Part shown: positions 48,601 to 60,600 of the stretch, in pieces
Layout: the number at the start of each line of letters is the position of its first letter
Numbering within the stretch: the stretch's first letter is position 1
Origin: Macrostomum hystrix
Taxonomy: Eukaryota > Animalia > Platyhelminthes
Reading direction: 5' to 3'
DNA length: 64,000 nt
NCBI GenBank assembly: GCA_950097015.1
Contig: CATNEN010000012.1
Span: 1,426,001-1,490,000 of the forward strand
Translations under genes and position numbers: made by a program
Notes under the pieces: generated by a model
What the model was told of the DNA's origin: nothing
The model's database searches: none
What the model saw: the letters and a program-made list of their open reading frames with translations, nothing else

Positions 48601-51600
48601 GGACACCGGCGACTTAGTTGGCGGCTACGAGCAGACTGAGCCGCTCAGGGAGCACAGGCAGTTGGCCCGGCGAGCGCGTCTATTAGCGCGAGATGCGGCG
48701 CGCGCTTTGAGTAAGGCGCGCAATGTCGACGGTAAAGCGGCGCTAATGAGGGCGCGAAAAGCGCTCGGCGAGGAGGCTTACAACGGCGATGATAAGGTGA
48801 GGCCTCATTGATTAAGTCTGCGTACGGCTGTTCAGTCCATGGACTGGGAAAGACGCTAATTTCACACTCAATTAACCCAGCTAATGCTGAATGCTGAACA
48901 CAGCAAGTTTGTGTTTAGTGTCTCGCCGAAGGACACAAATTGTTTCAGGGAGGCAGGTGTCAAACCCCCGACCTTCAGGTCGTGAGTCCGACGCGCTAAT
49001 TATGGGCGACGACACCTAAAGTAAAATTTTGCTACATATTTAGATAATCGAACCCAGGACCTCACCTAGCATGGGACTGTTTTCGATTTAATGTATTTTT
49101 ACTTCTAGTCTCAAAAGCCACACTTAAGGCTTCCCCTAAAATTAGTGAATTCCCCAAATTGTAATATTTTTCTTTTTTCAATCAGGTTGTCTCAAAAGAC
49201 ACCGAGCATATCCGCCTGCTGGCCGACCTCCTGGCTGTCCTGGACGTCCACTGTCCGACCGAGTTGCGCGGCCGTCTAGACGCTGTCCAGAGACAGTGGC
49301 GCGAACTCAGTGTAGCTGCGGGGGCCGATGGCGTCAGATTTCGTTGGCGCGACAGTCAATTGGTTCGCGCCCTACGCGAAGGCGATTGGCTACTATTGGA
49401 CACGGCCAATCACTGCGGAGTGGCCGTTCTAGACCGACTCAATTCCCTGCTGGAACCAGACGGTCGGCTCTACCTGACTGAGCGCGGCGGCGACTGCGGC
49501 GGCAAAGTTGCCGATCCGTCGCTAACTGAGGTGGCGCCGCATCCGGAGTTTCGCCTATTTCTCGCCTTAGATTCGCGATTCGGCGAATTGTCCCGCGCTA
49601 TGCGCAATCGTTGCGTAGAGATCAGCGTCGATCCGCTGCCGGCGGACGGTGCAGCCGACCTAGTCGACGGTCTGGGCCGTGGACAGGCCACCGAGGCGGC
49701 GCTTCGCTTGCACTGCGGCCTACTATCGGCGCAGCAGCATCTGCAGCCGACGCCGCCACCGCCGCCGCCTCTGACAGATCTGCTGATGTCGTGTCGTCTA
49801 CTTCTAGCGACAACCGTCAATGAGTCATCAATGACGAGGCGCAGAAAGCGACGAAGACAGCAACTGCAGCTGTTAGCCGATGGCGACTATCAGTCAGTCC
49901 AAAGCCAGCTGCGCCTTGTGCTGGAAGGTGTCTACGCAGACCGGCAAATGTCGGATGGTGTGAAGCGCGCAGTGTGCTCAGCCATCGCCGGCATTGTGGA
50001 TGGCTACTCGACGCTACCCATTCCGCCTTCGCCTCCAGCGCCGCCGATTCGCCTAACGGAACTGCTCGCCAACCCGGCTGCCTGCCTTACAGAGGCCAGC
50101 CTGCGCCTTATCTTGAGCCTTGCTGGGCCGCTTCAATTGTTGCCTTGCAACGCTGGTTGCTTGGCAACGGCTGAACTCTTGTTGGAATGGTCATCCATTC
50201 GAGATATTCCACTACGATTGGACGTTCTGGCAAAGGCCTACTCTAACTACGATCAGAGCGTTGTTAAATTGTTTCCAGCCGCAGACATTCGCAGACTGCT
50301 GACATCCGCACCATCCTCGCCAACTGTCGCCGACTATCTTCGCCGACACGATCTTGTAGATCTGGCCGATCCGGTTGATGTCCGCGTTCTGCCAGCCGTC
50401 CTGGCCGATGCCGTTGCCAATGCCGCCGACGCTGTGGCCTGTTTCGCCGCTCTGGATCGTCACCAGCTGGGTGTCCGGACTCTACTAGCCATGGCTGAGG
50501 CTGAAGTCCGACTGTACATGATGATGAAATCTGTCTGTTCGGACGAATATCAGAACCCTACAACTGCTCCGTCCGTGATGGCATTGAAATCTCGCCTAGG
50601 CGGCAGCGAAGGTCGCGACAGCGGTCGCAGCGGTCTGACCCGTCGCGAATGCGCCGCCCTGGAGCCGGCAATGTCTGGCGCTGATGCTTTTCTGCGATGC
50701 CTACGCGACCTGCTAACTGGAGCTGGCGCTTTTGAAGGCCTGGCTGATCAGATTGGATCTAGCTTAAAGCCGGTTGAGAACTTACCAGCTGTTGTGTTTG
50801 AGGTGAGGGCTTTGCTGTTCGGTAAGAGTAGTCCAGACAATTACTTAGTGTTCTGCTTTGTTGTAGTAGTATAGCTAGAGTTATCTAACAGTATAATACT
50901 TTCGCTTCTGTGCAGGTGAAGCGCGCCCTGCATCCGTTGTACAGCTTGCCCGTGTCCGGCGTCAGCCAATGCCAGCGCTGCCTGGCCCAGTCGTTGGCCA
51001 GCCTGCGTAATCGTGTGCTACCGACCCTTCTATCGCCAGACAGTGACGATGATAATCTTCGTCGTGAGCAAATAGCCGATGTGGATCGCCGCATCTGTGC
51101 CAGTCTGTCCGGTGCATTGGTGTTCTGCAATTTGTCTGCCAGTCTGTCATCAACTGCCTGGGACTGGGAGCGAGTGTACGCACTGCTCGATGCGCCAGTT
51201 TTAACCGGTTCTATGGCCGATTATCGTCAGCTTCGCCGTGCTATGCGCGTCGGCGAGCTGGTTCGATGCGTTCGACTGCCGAGTCGGCGAGCTGTCGGTC
51301 TGGCCGCCGGTCCGCTACTGCTTAGACTGGCCGAGGACGACCGGCTGCTAGGAACCGGCGATGTCGGTCTAGACAATGCCGTCGATGATGATGATAACGC
51401 CGACGCTATGGCTCTAGTCTCTAGTTCTGCATCTGCCGACGACTCCGCGGCGTCCGCAGCTGCTCGGGATCTGCTCCGCCTGCTGCCTATTCGGGCGCGC
51501 TTCCGTAGCCGCGACTGTCAGGCCGACCGGCTGCTGCTGGCGCTGCCGGCTGCTCTGGCCCTGCGCAGATTTGGCCAGCCCGGCCGACCGTCTGTGGACT

Positions 51601-54600
51601 TCGAGGTCAGTGCCTGTCTGTTGTACTGAGCACCATGGAACAAAGAATCGAAAATTACACAATTCATTGGGCCTGTGGTACAGCCGCGGCTATTGCGGGC
51701 GCTTCCAAATGTTTTGAATATAGAGCTTTCACCTCAGCTAATCCTGGGTTGAGTGGCAGAGCCGTCTAGCACGTTTGCCTCTCGCACCAATTGGCGGAAC
51801 CCTGAGCTCGATTCCGCGGCGAGGCCACTTTCATTTGGGGCGCTGCAGCAGAGAGAAGGCTTGGGGGCTTGTCGTGCAGTTTACGCCCTTGAGGGCCAAC
51901 CTCCAAGGCACAGTGACGATGAAAATGTCAGAGCAGATGTTCAGTGTTCACACCTGTGTGAGTGTGTGCTCAGGAGTCAGCGAAATGGGCAGAATTGCCT
52001 TCTTGCTGGCTGCGGGTCTAGTGTCACCAAGTGATCTGCCGTCGCCTGCAGCTCTCCAGAAATTAGTTTTAATAATGCTGCAGGAAGCAATCGGTGAATT
52101 ATGGATACGATTATATTTTTGGAGTGAATCAGGGCTGCGAATCGAACCCCCGACCTCTAAGTTTAAACCCCGAAGTCAGAAGCACAAGTCACTGCCAACA
52201 CTATCTATCTGCCTGTCCATAGGCTGCCCATATTCTAATCTGAATTCCTCACTCCCGCAGTCCGGTCGCGAGCTGATCATCGACCAGTTGCTAAGCCAGC
52301 ACACCGCCGATTGGTGCTGGCAGTCGGCACTGATCCGCTGCGAATACGGAGATACGGCTAGCGGCGATGACGGAGACGTCTGCATGGACATGTCTTCGGC
52401 CTGTTTGTCAGATTTCAATCCGGGTTTTAGTCGAGCCTAATTACTCTTTGTCGGCCATGCTTCTCTGTTACCATGGCGACAGGCGCGTCAGCTGTCAGCT
52501 GGCTCGATTAGACGATCGGCGGCACCAGTTGAACTGGCTGACCAACTATCTGACTTCTGCTTCTGGCGTTATTCTCGACTGCGACAGAAGCCAGTCGCTG
52601 GATTCGCCGCTTCTGAATGCCCTACGCTTGCGCGCCAACCGATTGATTGACAGCTGTCGGGATGGAATTCCGGCTGATGCGATGGTAGGCTTATTAACAT
52701 ATTATAAATAGTTTTATAGCCAATTTCATCTCAACAATTGTGTTATTCCTATTGTTATTTCTAGGAAATAATCGGCTCCGACAATGGCCTGTTGCTAAGT
52801 GGCGGCGACAGAGAGAGCTTCGGCGAAGCTTTGGACAATGCGCAGTCAGCTGGCCGCTTGAGGCTGGACCTGGCCAGCGTTCTGCTCGGCTTGGCCCGGC
52901 CTGCGAGCCCGCTAGATCCGCAGCTGCAGCTGGCCAGCCTGGCAACCCAGCTGGCTGGCGAAGCCGCCGACGCCGCCGCCAGGCTACGGCTTCGCCGTCT
53001 CTATCGTCTGCACTCTTGCGGCTACGGCGACAGTTCTGACGGCGACGGCGAAGAATTAGAAAACTATTACGAGGCCGAAGAAGGCGCGTTTGAGCCGCCG
53101 TGGTGGCGTCAGCTATCTGGCCACGCCGAAGCCACGCTGGCCTTTCTAGCCGACTGTCGCTCGCAGCTGTCGCTCCGGCCGGAGTCTTCTAAGCCCTACA
53201 GGCAGCAGGCGGAGTATGAACAGTTGCAGGTTAGTGTCTGGGCTTCGAAACATTCTCAACATTCTACTTGTTAGTAGAGCGATGCGAATTCTACGACTCG
53301 TTTTTTATTTCAGGCTGAAATCAGTCAATTCGCTTCCAACTACTGTCGCCGTAGCCTGCTAATCAGTCTCGCCGGCTTAGATGACGTCAATCACGGCGAG
53401 GGTAAAGCAGACAATAGCTACTATTCTAACACTGTACGGCAGCTGGACAGCTGGGCCGCAGTGGCGGACTCTTTCGCTAATAGACTTCTGACTGCCTACC
53501 CGGCTTTGGTTGATCTGTCCTACAGCTTCCTACTGGGCCTGGCGTTGGCGCGCAGAACAATGGAGATCCGGCTGGCTAGCCTGCGAAAATGTCTGCCAAG
53601 CTTTCAGGTTGGGCCTCTTTTTTAATTTTCTTCGTTAACTAACGGGTTCGGAAAATGATATTCTCTAGCTTTGGGACTTGGTGATCATTGCATCATGAGA
53701 ACACAAAAGAAGTGTCTCGGGCGCGTCCAACTGCGATTGCGACACTGAAGCAGCGCATCGGAATTTAAAACCTGTTTCTTGGAAACAATCAACGTTTCAC
53801 TTTCCTGTGTATCATCAGATAAAAGCATGATAAGAAAAGTATTAAGCAAAGAAGAACTTTCACGGATTGGTCGCTCGTATAAAATATTTTACTAACAACA
53901 AAGCTATCATCATAAACGATTGTACAAGTATGAGTCAGTGAAATCGTAATGTTAATGAAGAAACTTGGCACGCACGCGATTCGCATAAAAATACAAACTA
54001 GCTTTAATGTTCAACGACACGAAGCATGCACTTCGGAATATTTAGATTTTAACTGAAAGAAAACTGGTCATTAGCTTGCGGACATCATAATTTGACTCTT
54101 AACTAAACTAATTAAGCTAAACTAAAATGCTACGTAGGTAAATAGTAATAGATTGTGTTATAACTTCAACGGGACGGCTGGCCTGCATAGCAGGCCATTT
54201 GAAGCATCTGAATTCGTCGGCTCAGTCCCGCAAAATAGTCTATGGCAAAATCAACCCGATTGGCTTATCTCCTCCCGATGGAATTTTTGCTCTCATTTTT
54301 TTCTGATCAAACAAACTACATACTTGTTTTAGCAGTCACTTTAGAGACGGATGGCCTGCATAGCAGGTCATCAACCAATTGGATGCTTCTTCAACTAAGT
54401 TGGAATAAACTTTTATTACACCATTTTAACTCCTATTTTGAACAAAGTCTTGTTCAAAAGAAACAAACAGAACTTTAATTCAAACACTTAGAGAAATATC
54501 AGCGCTTGCGGAAATTCAGTTCAAACAAAGCCCCTTTCTATTTAAACAGAAGAAATTCAATTCAGACTGCCTATGGCCAAAATTGTCTCCGAGTGACGCG

Positions 54601-57600
54601 CACGCGCAAACTTGAAATTCAAAAGAAACAAATTCACATTCTATTTCAACAGACTCAGGAGGTAAAACACAACAAATCGACGAACGTAAGAGTAAAATGA
54701 AAAACAGGTACAAGACAGTGTCAGTTGGTCAACTTCAATGCGACACCTAAACATCAATTGCCTGTCCACCAAGGCAGCGAGGGACGTATGTAAATACATG
54801 GTTAAACCATCCAGTGCACTTGTCCGCAGAGATGCAGCCAATGGTTCTGTCCACCATGTACAGAATGTCTCGCCGATAGGCCGTCATCGACTGATTCCCG
54901 AGCTGCTCAGCTGTCGGAGCGATGAACTTTTGCTGGTCTGCTGCTAGTTCTCTCTTCAGAGCGGCCTTCCAACAGGAGATTGAGTTCTCCACAGGAGTCA
55001 AAAATGGACTGTATGGTGGAAGCGGCTTGACCTGAATGGTGGCCGGAATCTCGAAGTCTTCCTCTTCCTCTTCCTCGGTTTCCTCTAATTCTCCCTGTCC
55101 TGAAAGTCACTGAACGAAATAGTCAATGGTAAGATTCTATGTCCAAAGGTCTATCATGAAGGAAAATATTTTATTGATTTAAAATTACCGTCTGGAGCTG
55201 TGGGAAAATCAACCGCACTTTTCCATAGATAAAGTTTCAGATGTCTCATGGCCTGCAGAGCAGCCATCAGTCCTCAACTGAGAAGGTTAAAATATATTAT
55301 CAGACGTGTATCAGATGTGTATCCTCGGCCACATGGCCATTAAGTGTGGCCGAGGACTTTCTACCATAGAATGCGCATTAAGCTACCGTGATCTTATATG
55401 AAATCCGAATACTGTATTAGGCTTCGTTGAAAAATTTTCTATGGCCTGCTATGCAGGCCATCCGTCCATAACTGAGTCAGCTTATTTTCGCCTGGGCAGG
55501 AAGAGGTTGCGATGATCCAACTGTTAAGTTGCTTCGATTCTAGTCTTCATCCATTGAGTCCTGCCACAGACCTGGAAGTTTTCGAGCCCGCTCGACTCGA
55601 CTAACTTCATTTTCCCGACATGGACCGTCTTCTTTGGCCCTTGGTCTCGCCTTGCACTAGCCTGACAACCTCATAGTTTACTGGCGAAAGTCTTTCTTAT
55701 CGCTTCATATGCCTCTACCAACCGCCCTTCGTGACAAGTCACTAACTGAAATTTGATAGGCCATAAGACAATGAGGAATTACATCCTCCCAGTCTTCCGG
55801 CTCCACCTTCTGGAGGTAAAACCTCAATACACCATGAAAGGTACGTTGGAACCGTTCTACTAAGCCGTCACATTGTGGATGGAATGCCGTTGTACGGGTC
55901 TTTTGGATGTCAAATATTATTATTTTCCACGTTCTTTCCTTAGTCGGAATGCAATGTGTGGCACACCCCATCGACTTATCCAGTTGGTAAACAGTGCGTT
56001 TGCAATCGTCGCTGCTCGCTCATCTGGCAGAGGTACTAACCCCACCCACTTGCTGGAGTAGTCTATAATCGTTAGGAGTTGATCATTTCCGTGATGGGAC
56101 GTCGCGATTTTAACGACATCGATGGCAACTCTGCTGGCATTGCACACGCTCTTTAATGCACATAATCCTGAAACCTCTATCTATCTGAACGTCTTCAGAT
56201 AGAACGTCTTCAGTTGATTTCGGCTAGTAGAAGCGCTTCTTGATAGCTTCGACTGTCTTGGCAACTCTGAAATTACCCTGGGAATGGATCTCCTCGATAA
56301 CCTCACGCCGTTTCTCGGTCGGAAGGACTATCACCGGCTTCGTCTTAACCAAGATGTACATGGCCCATCTGACTCATCGCAATCTGATGTGCGGGCTATT
56401 AACTATAGTTTCCTACGTGATGCTTCTACAGCACTGCATATTGCTTGTTTTATAACATTGTTATTACAAAAGGGCATCCGCATTGGCATGCGCTTTTCAC
56501 GGGCGATCTACAATCTCTAGATCTAACACCTGCAATATCTCTAGCCAGCGTGCTATTTGAAACTTAGTGAGTGAATTGGCGCAGCATGATCAACGCGGAC
56601 TATAAATTCTCTACAAGCTAGATACGCTCGTAAAGTCAGAATTGTTTACAAGATTCGTCTACTGAATCGCATGATTCGTTTAACAATTCCCTCTTACTCG
56701 TAGTTACGAGCGTACACAGTAATTACTTAAGTAGAGCACGACTACTTTAAGAAATTACTTGTCTAAAATAAATTAATTACTTGCATTAGAAGTATCTGGT
56801 AAAGTGCTAGTCGGCGCAATGGCTCTATTGTTGAAAATCTTTGAATAAAAGTGGTCGCCAATGTAATAAAATTAGTTCTGCGTGGTCACCGTTTAAAATT
56901 GGACTTTCAGACAAAGAAAGTACGAGCGTACGAGTAAGACTAACAGATAATTCTGATAACTTAATTAGTTAATAATAGTTTGTTTAGGACTTTATGAAAC
57001 ATTTAAACAAGTTGACAGCTGGCAGCACGCGTCTGGCTATATTCTAACAATAGGAATACTAATACTATAGATGTTAGGATAAGTTCAAAGGATATAATTG
57101 AAGAATATAACTAAAAGAGAGTACAACTAAAGGTGCTAACTACCATTCTACTGTCTTGGCAACTTCTGCTGAAATCCCAAAACCGACGCCCGCTTAAAAC
57201 CGGTTGCTACCAGGGATTAGGATTTGATTGGAGGAACATTGTGATTGGGGATAGGAATCGTTAAGGACTTTAAGATTAAATTCATTTAAATAAAGGATCG
57301 AAATCCTCAAAAACTTTGGGATTTCATTCCTTTCGAATGCGAATCGGAATTTAGGATGGGAAGGCTTTTAATTTTGATCCCCACTCCCCATTATCCCACA
57401 CCTTAATATTTCAGTCTCTAACGCGCCAGATAAGCCACCTGTGCGGCGCATTCCCGCCAACCTGCCTAGATGCCGCTGGCAGTCTTGAGCGCCTACTGGC
57501 AACTAACGGCGCCTGCGCCATCGGAGGCCGGAGTAGCCGCCGCCATCACTTGCCGGCACTGCTGCGTCTCGGTCTCCTAGCAACCGCTGAGCCGGACGCC

Positions 57601-60600
57601 AGCGCTCGTTTGGCCGGCGCTGGACGCGTCCTTCGCGACGATCTGCTACCGGCCTTCGCCGACTGGCAGCGCAGGCGTCGAGAGCAGGAAGCCGAGGCGG
57701 AGAGCCTGTACACCTACAAGTGAGTCGCCTACTGTTTTTTTCTTCTCATTAAGTATAAATATTTCAGCAATGATTTTTTATGCATATTTCTTTCTTAATT
57801 TAAAATGAAGTATCAACTTTCCTCCCGCTACCGACACCCACCCCAATTCTCTGCCTCCGACACCCGACATCCGACATCAGAGAATTGCGACGTACCGTTC
57901 CAATTTCTAACTACTTCTGTGATCCCATTTTTACTAGGGAGCACTGCCGCCTAGAGACGCGCACAGTGGAGGAACAATTTGAAGCCGACCTGCGCCAAGC
58001 TTTTCCCGACTACAACGACTGCTACGAGGATTTACTGACTTCGACGCCTGCAGCGAGATCAACTATGGAGGCCGACTTAGAGAGAAAGTCACGGACTGGC
58101 CAGGAAGATAAAGGAAACGAGGAAGATTTCTCAGATCGCCATCGGCTACTGTTGATGAGCGCACTACAGCAGGCTGCTCACGGCGGCGATGGCGACAATT
58201 TGACGACCAAACTGGCCGACTGCTGCTACAGGCTGGCTGGCGACCTGTGCAATGAGGCTGCTCAGGAGGGTGTCTTTCCTGGTAAGCTTTTGAAACCTTA
58301 TCTGTAATTAAGCCACTATGGGAGTCTCTGCGGGTCTCAGCTGTTGCTGTGCGGGTGTCAGCTGTTGCTGTGCGGGTATCAGCTGTTGCTGTGCGGGTGT
58401 CAGCTGTTGCTTTGCGGGTGTCAGCTGTTGCTGTGCGGGTGTCAGCTGTTGATGTGCGTGTGTCAGCTGTTGCTGTGCGGGTGTCAGCTGTTGCTGTGCG
58501 TGTGTCAGCTGTTGCTGTGCGGGTGTCAGCTGTTGCTGTGCGGGTGTCAGCTGTTGCTATGTGGGTGCTGTTGCTGCCAGCTTTTCTAATTCACGAGTGC
58601 TTTTGGTCGCTCGCATTCGCAGATCCTGAAGCCGATCCGAACCTGCTTGCCGGCCATCTCCGCTCTCTCGCCAGCCTGATCGCGTCCGCTTCATCAGCCG
58701 GAGCCAGTAACGACGCCGACTATCCCGATTGTCTGCTGGCTGCGCCGCTCGATGTCTATCGCGATCCGGCGCCAGACGCTGCCGGCGCCTGCCTGGCGCA
58801 ATTGGCGGGCCTCACTAACCGATTGGATGAGCTCCTGGCCCAGTGGCCCGAGAATGCCACTCTGGTGCAGGTGATCTGCCGTTTTGTGCGATTTCTCCTG
58901 CATCTCTTCCTGCGATTCCTCCTGCATCTCTTCCTGCGATTCCTCCTGCATCTCTTCCTGCGATTCCTCCTGCATCTCTTCCTGCGATTCCTCCTGCATC
59001 TCTTCCTGCGATTCCTCCTGCATCTCTTCCTGTGATTCCTCCTGCATCTCTTCCTGCGATTCCTCCTGCATCTCTTCCTGCGATTCCTCCTGCATCTCTT
59101 CGTGCGATTCATCCTGCGATTTCCCCTGCATCTATCTCTTCCTGCGATTCCTCCTGCATCTCTTCCTGCGATTCCTCCTGCATCTCTTCCTGCGATTCCT
59201 CCTGCATCTCTTCCTGCGATTCCTCCTGCATCTCTTCCTGCGATTCCTCCTGCATCTCTTCCTGCGATTCCTCCTGCATCTCTTCCTGTGATTCCTCCTG
59301 CATCTCTTCCTGCAATTCCTCCTGCATCTCTTCCTGCGATTCCTCCTGCATCTCTTCGTGCGATTCATCCTGCGATTTCCCCTGCATCTATCTCTTCCTG
59401 CGATTCCTCCTGCATCTCTTCGTGCGATTCATCCTGCGATTTCCCCTGCATCTATCTCTTCCTGCGATTCCTCCTGCATCTCTTCGTGCGATTCATCCTG
59501 CGATTCCCCCTGCATCTCTTCCTGCGATTCCCCCTGCATCTATCTCTTCCTGTGATTCCTCCTGCATCTATCTCCTCCTGCGATTCCTCCTGCATCTCTT
59601 CCTGCGATTCCTCTAGTGGTTTTTCTTCGATTTCTTTTGTGGTTCCTTCTACGATTCCTTTTTTATTTTCTACGATTCTTGCTGCGGTTCCTTCTTGGTT
59701 CCTCATTTTTATCTTCTTCTATTTTTGTTTCTGATTCTATCATTATCCTTTTATCATTGCTAAAACTTCAGCTAAAGAAACTTGTCGACCGAGTATTGTC
59801 ATTCAATGTGCGCGATCCTCTAATGAAATTTGTCACCGGAGTCGACCTGATTCTGGCCGAGCTGCAGCGCTGGGAGGCTGTTGCGTCGCACGAGGTCTCG
59901 CTGATGATTGAACTTCGCCAGCTGTCAGCTGTTATCATTGAATGTCGACGAATGGAACTGAAGTAAGGAATTTCAACTGTACAAAGTTAGTTGTTAGTTT
60001 GGCTTAGTGATTGATGACACTGAGATTCAGGGGTGGATGACACTGAGATTCAGGGGTGGACGACACTGAGATTCAGGGGTGGACGACACTGAGATTCAGG
60101 GATAGATGACACTGAGATTCTGGGGTGTATGAGCCTGAGGTTCAGGAGTGTATGAGCCTGAGGTTCAGGAGTGTATGAGCCTGAGTTTCAGGAGTGTATA
60201 AGCCTGAGGTTCAGGAGTGTATGAGCCTGAGGTTCAGGAGTGTATGAGCCTGAGTTTCAGGAGTGTATGAGCCTGAGTTTCAGGAGTGTATGAGCCTGAG
60301 TTTCAGGAGTGTATGAGCCTGCGGTTCAGGAGTGTATGAGCCTGAGGTTCAGGAGTGTATAAGCCTGAGGTTCAGGAGTGTATGAGCCTGAGGTTCAGGA
60401 GTGTATGAGCCTGAGGTTCAGGAGTGTATGAGCCTGAGGTTCAGGAGTGTATGAGCCTGAGGTTCAGGAGTGTATGAGCCTGAGGTTCAGGAGTGTATAA
60501 GCCTGAGGTTCAGGAGTGTATGAGCCTGAGTTTCAGGAGTGTATGAGCCTGCGGTTCAGGAGTGTATGAGCCTGAGGTTCAGGAGTGTATAAGCCTGAGG

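Noticed and set aside
51775-52260. N-terminal part of the 221 aa ORF, and similar ORFs at 12987, 29745-30255 and 46248
   Set aside because: Translations of SINE family A copies; only the part from 52261 is MDN1 exon.
58344-59734. Cys-, Glu- or Arg-rich repetitive ORFs (CGCQLLL, MQEESQEE, ISSCDSSC)
   Set aside because: 21 and 24 bp intronic minisatellites of MDN1 read in several frames on both strands; no independent gene structure.
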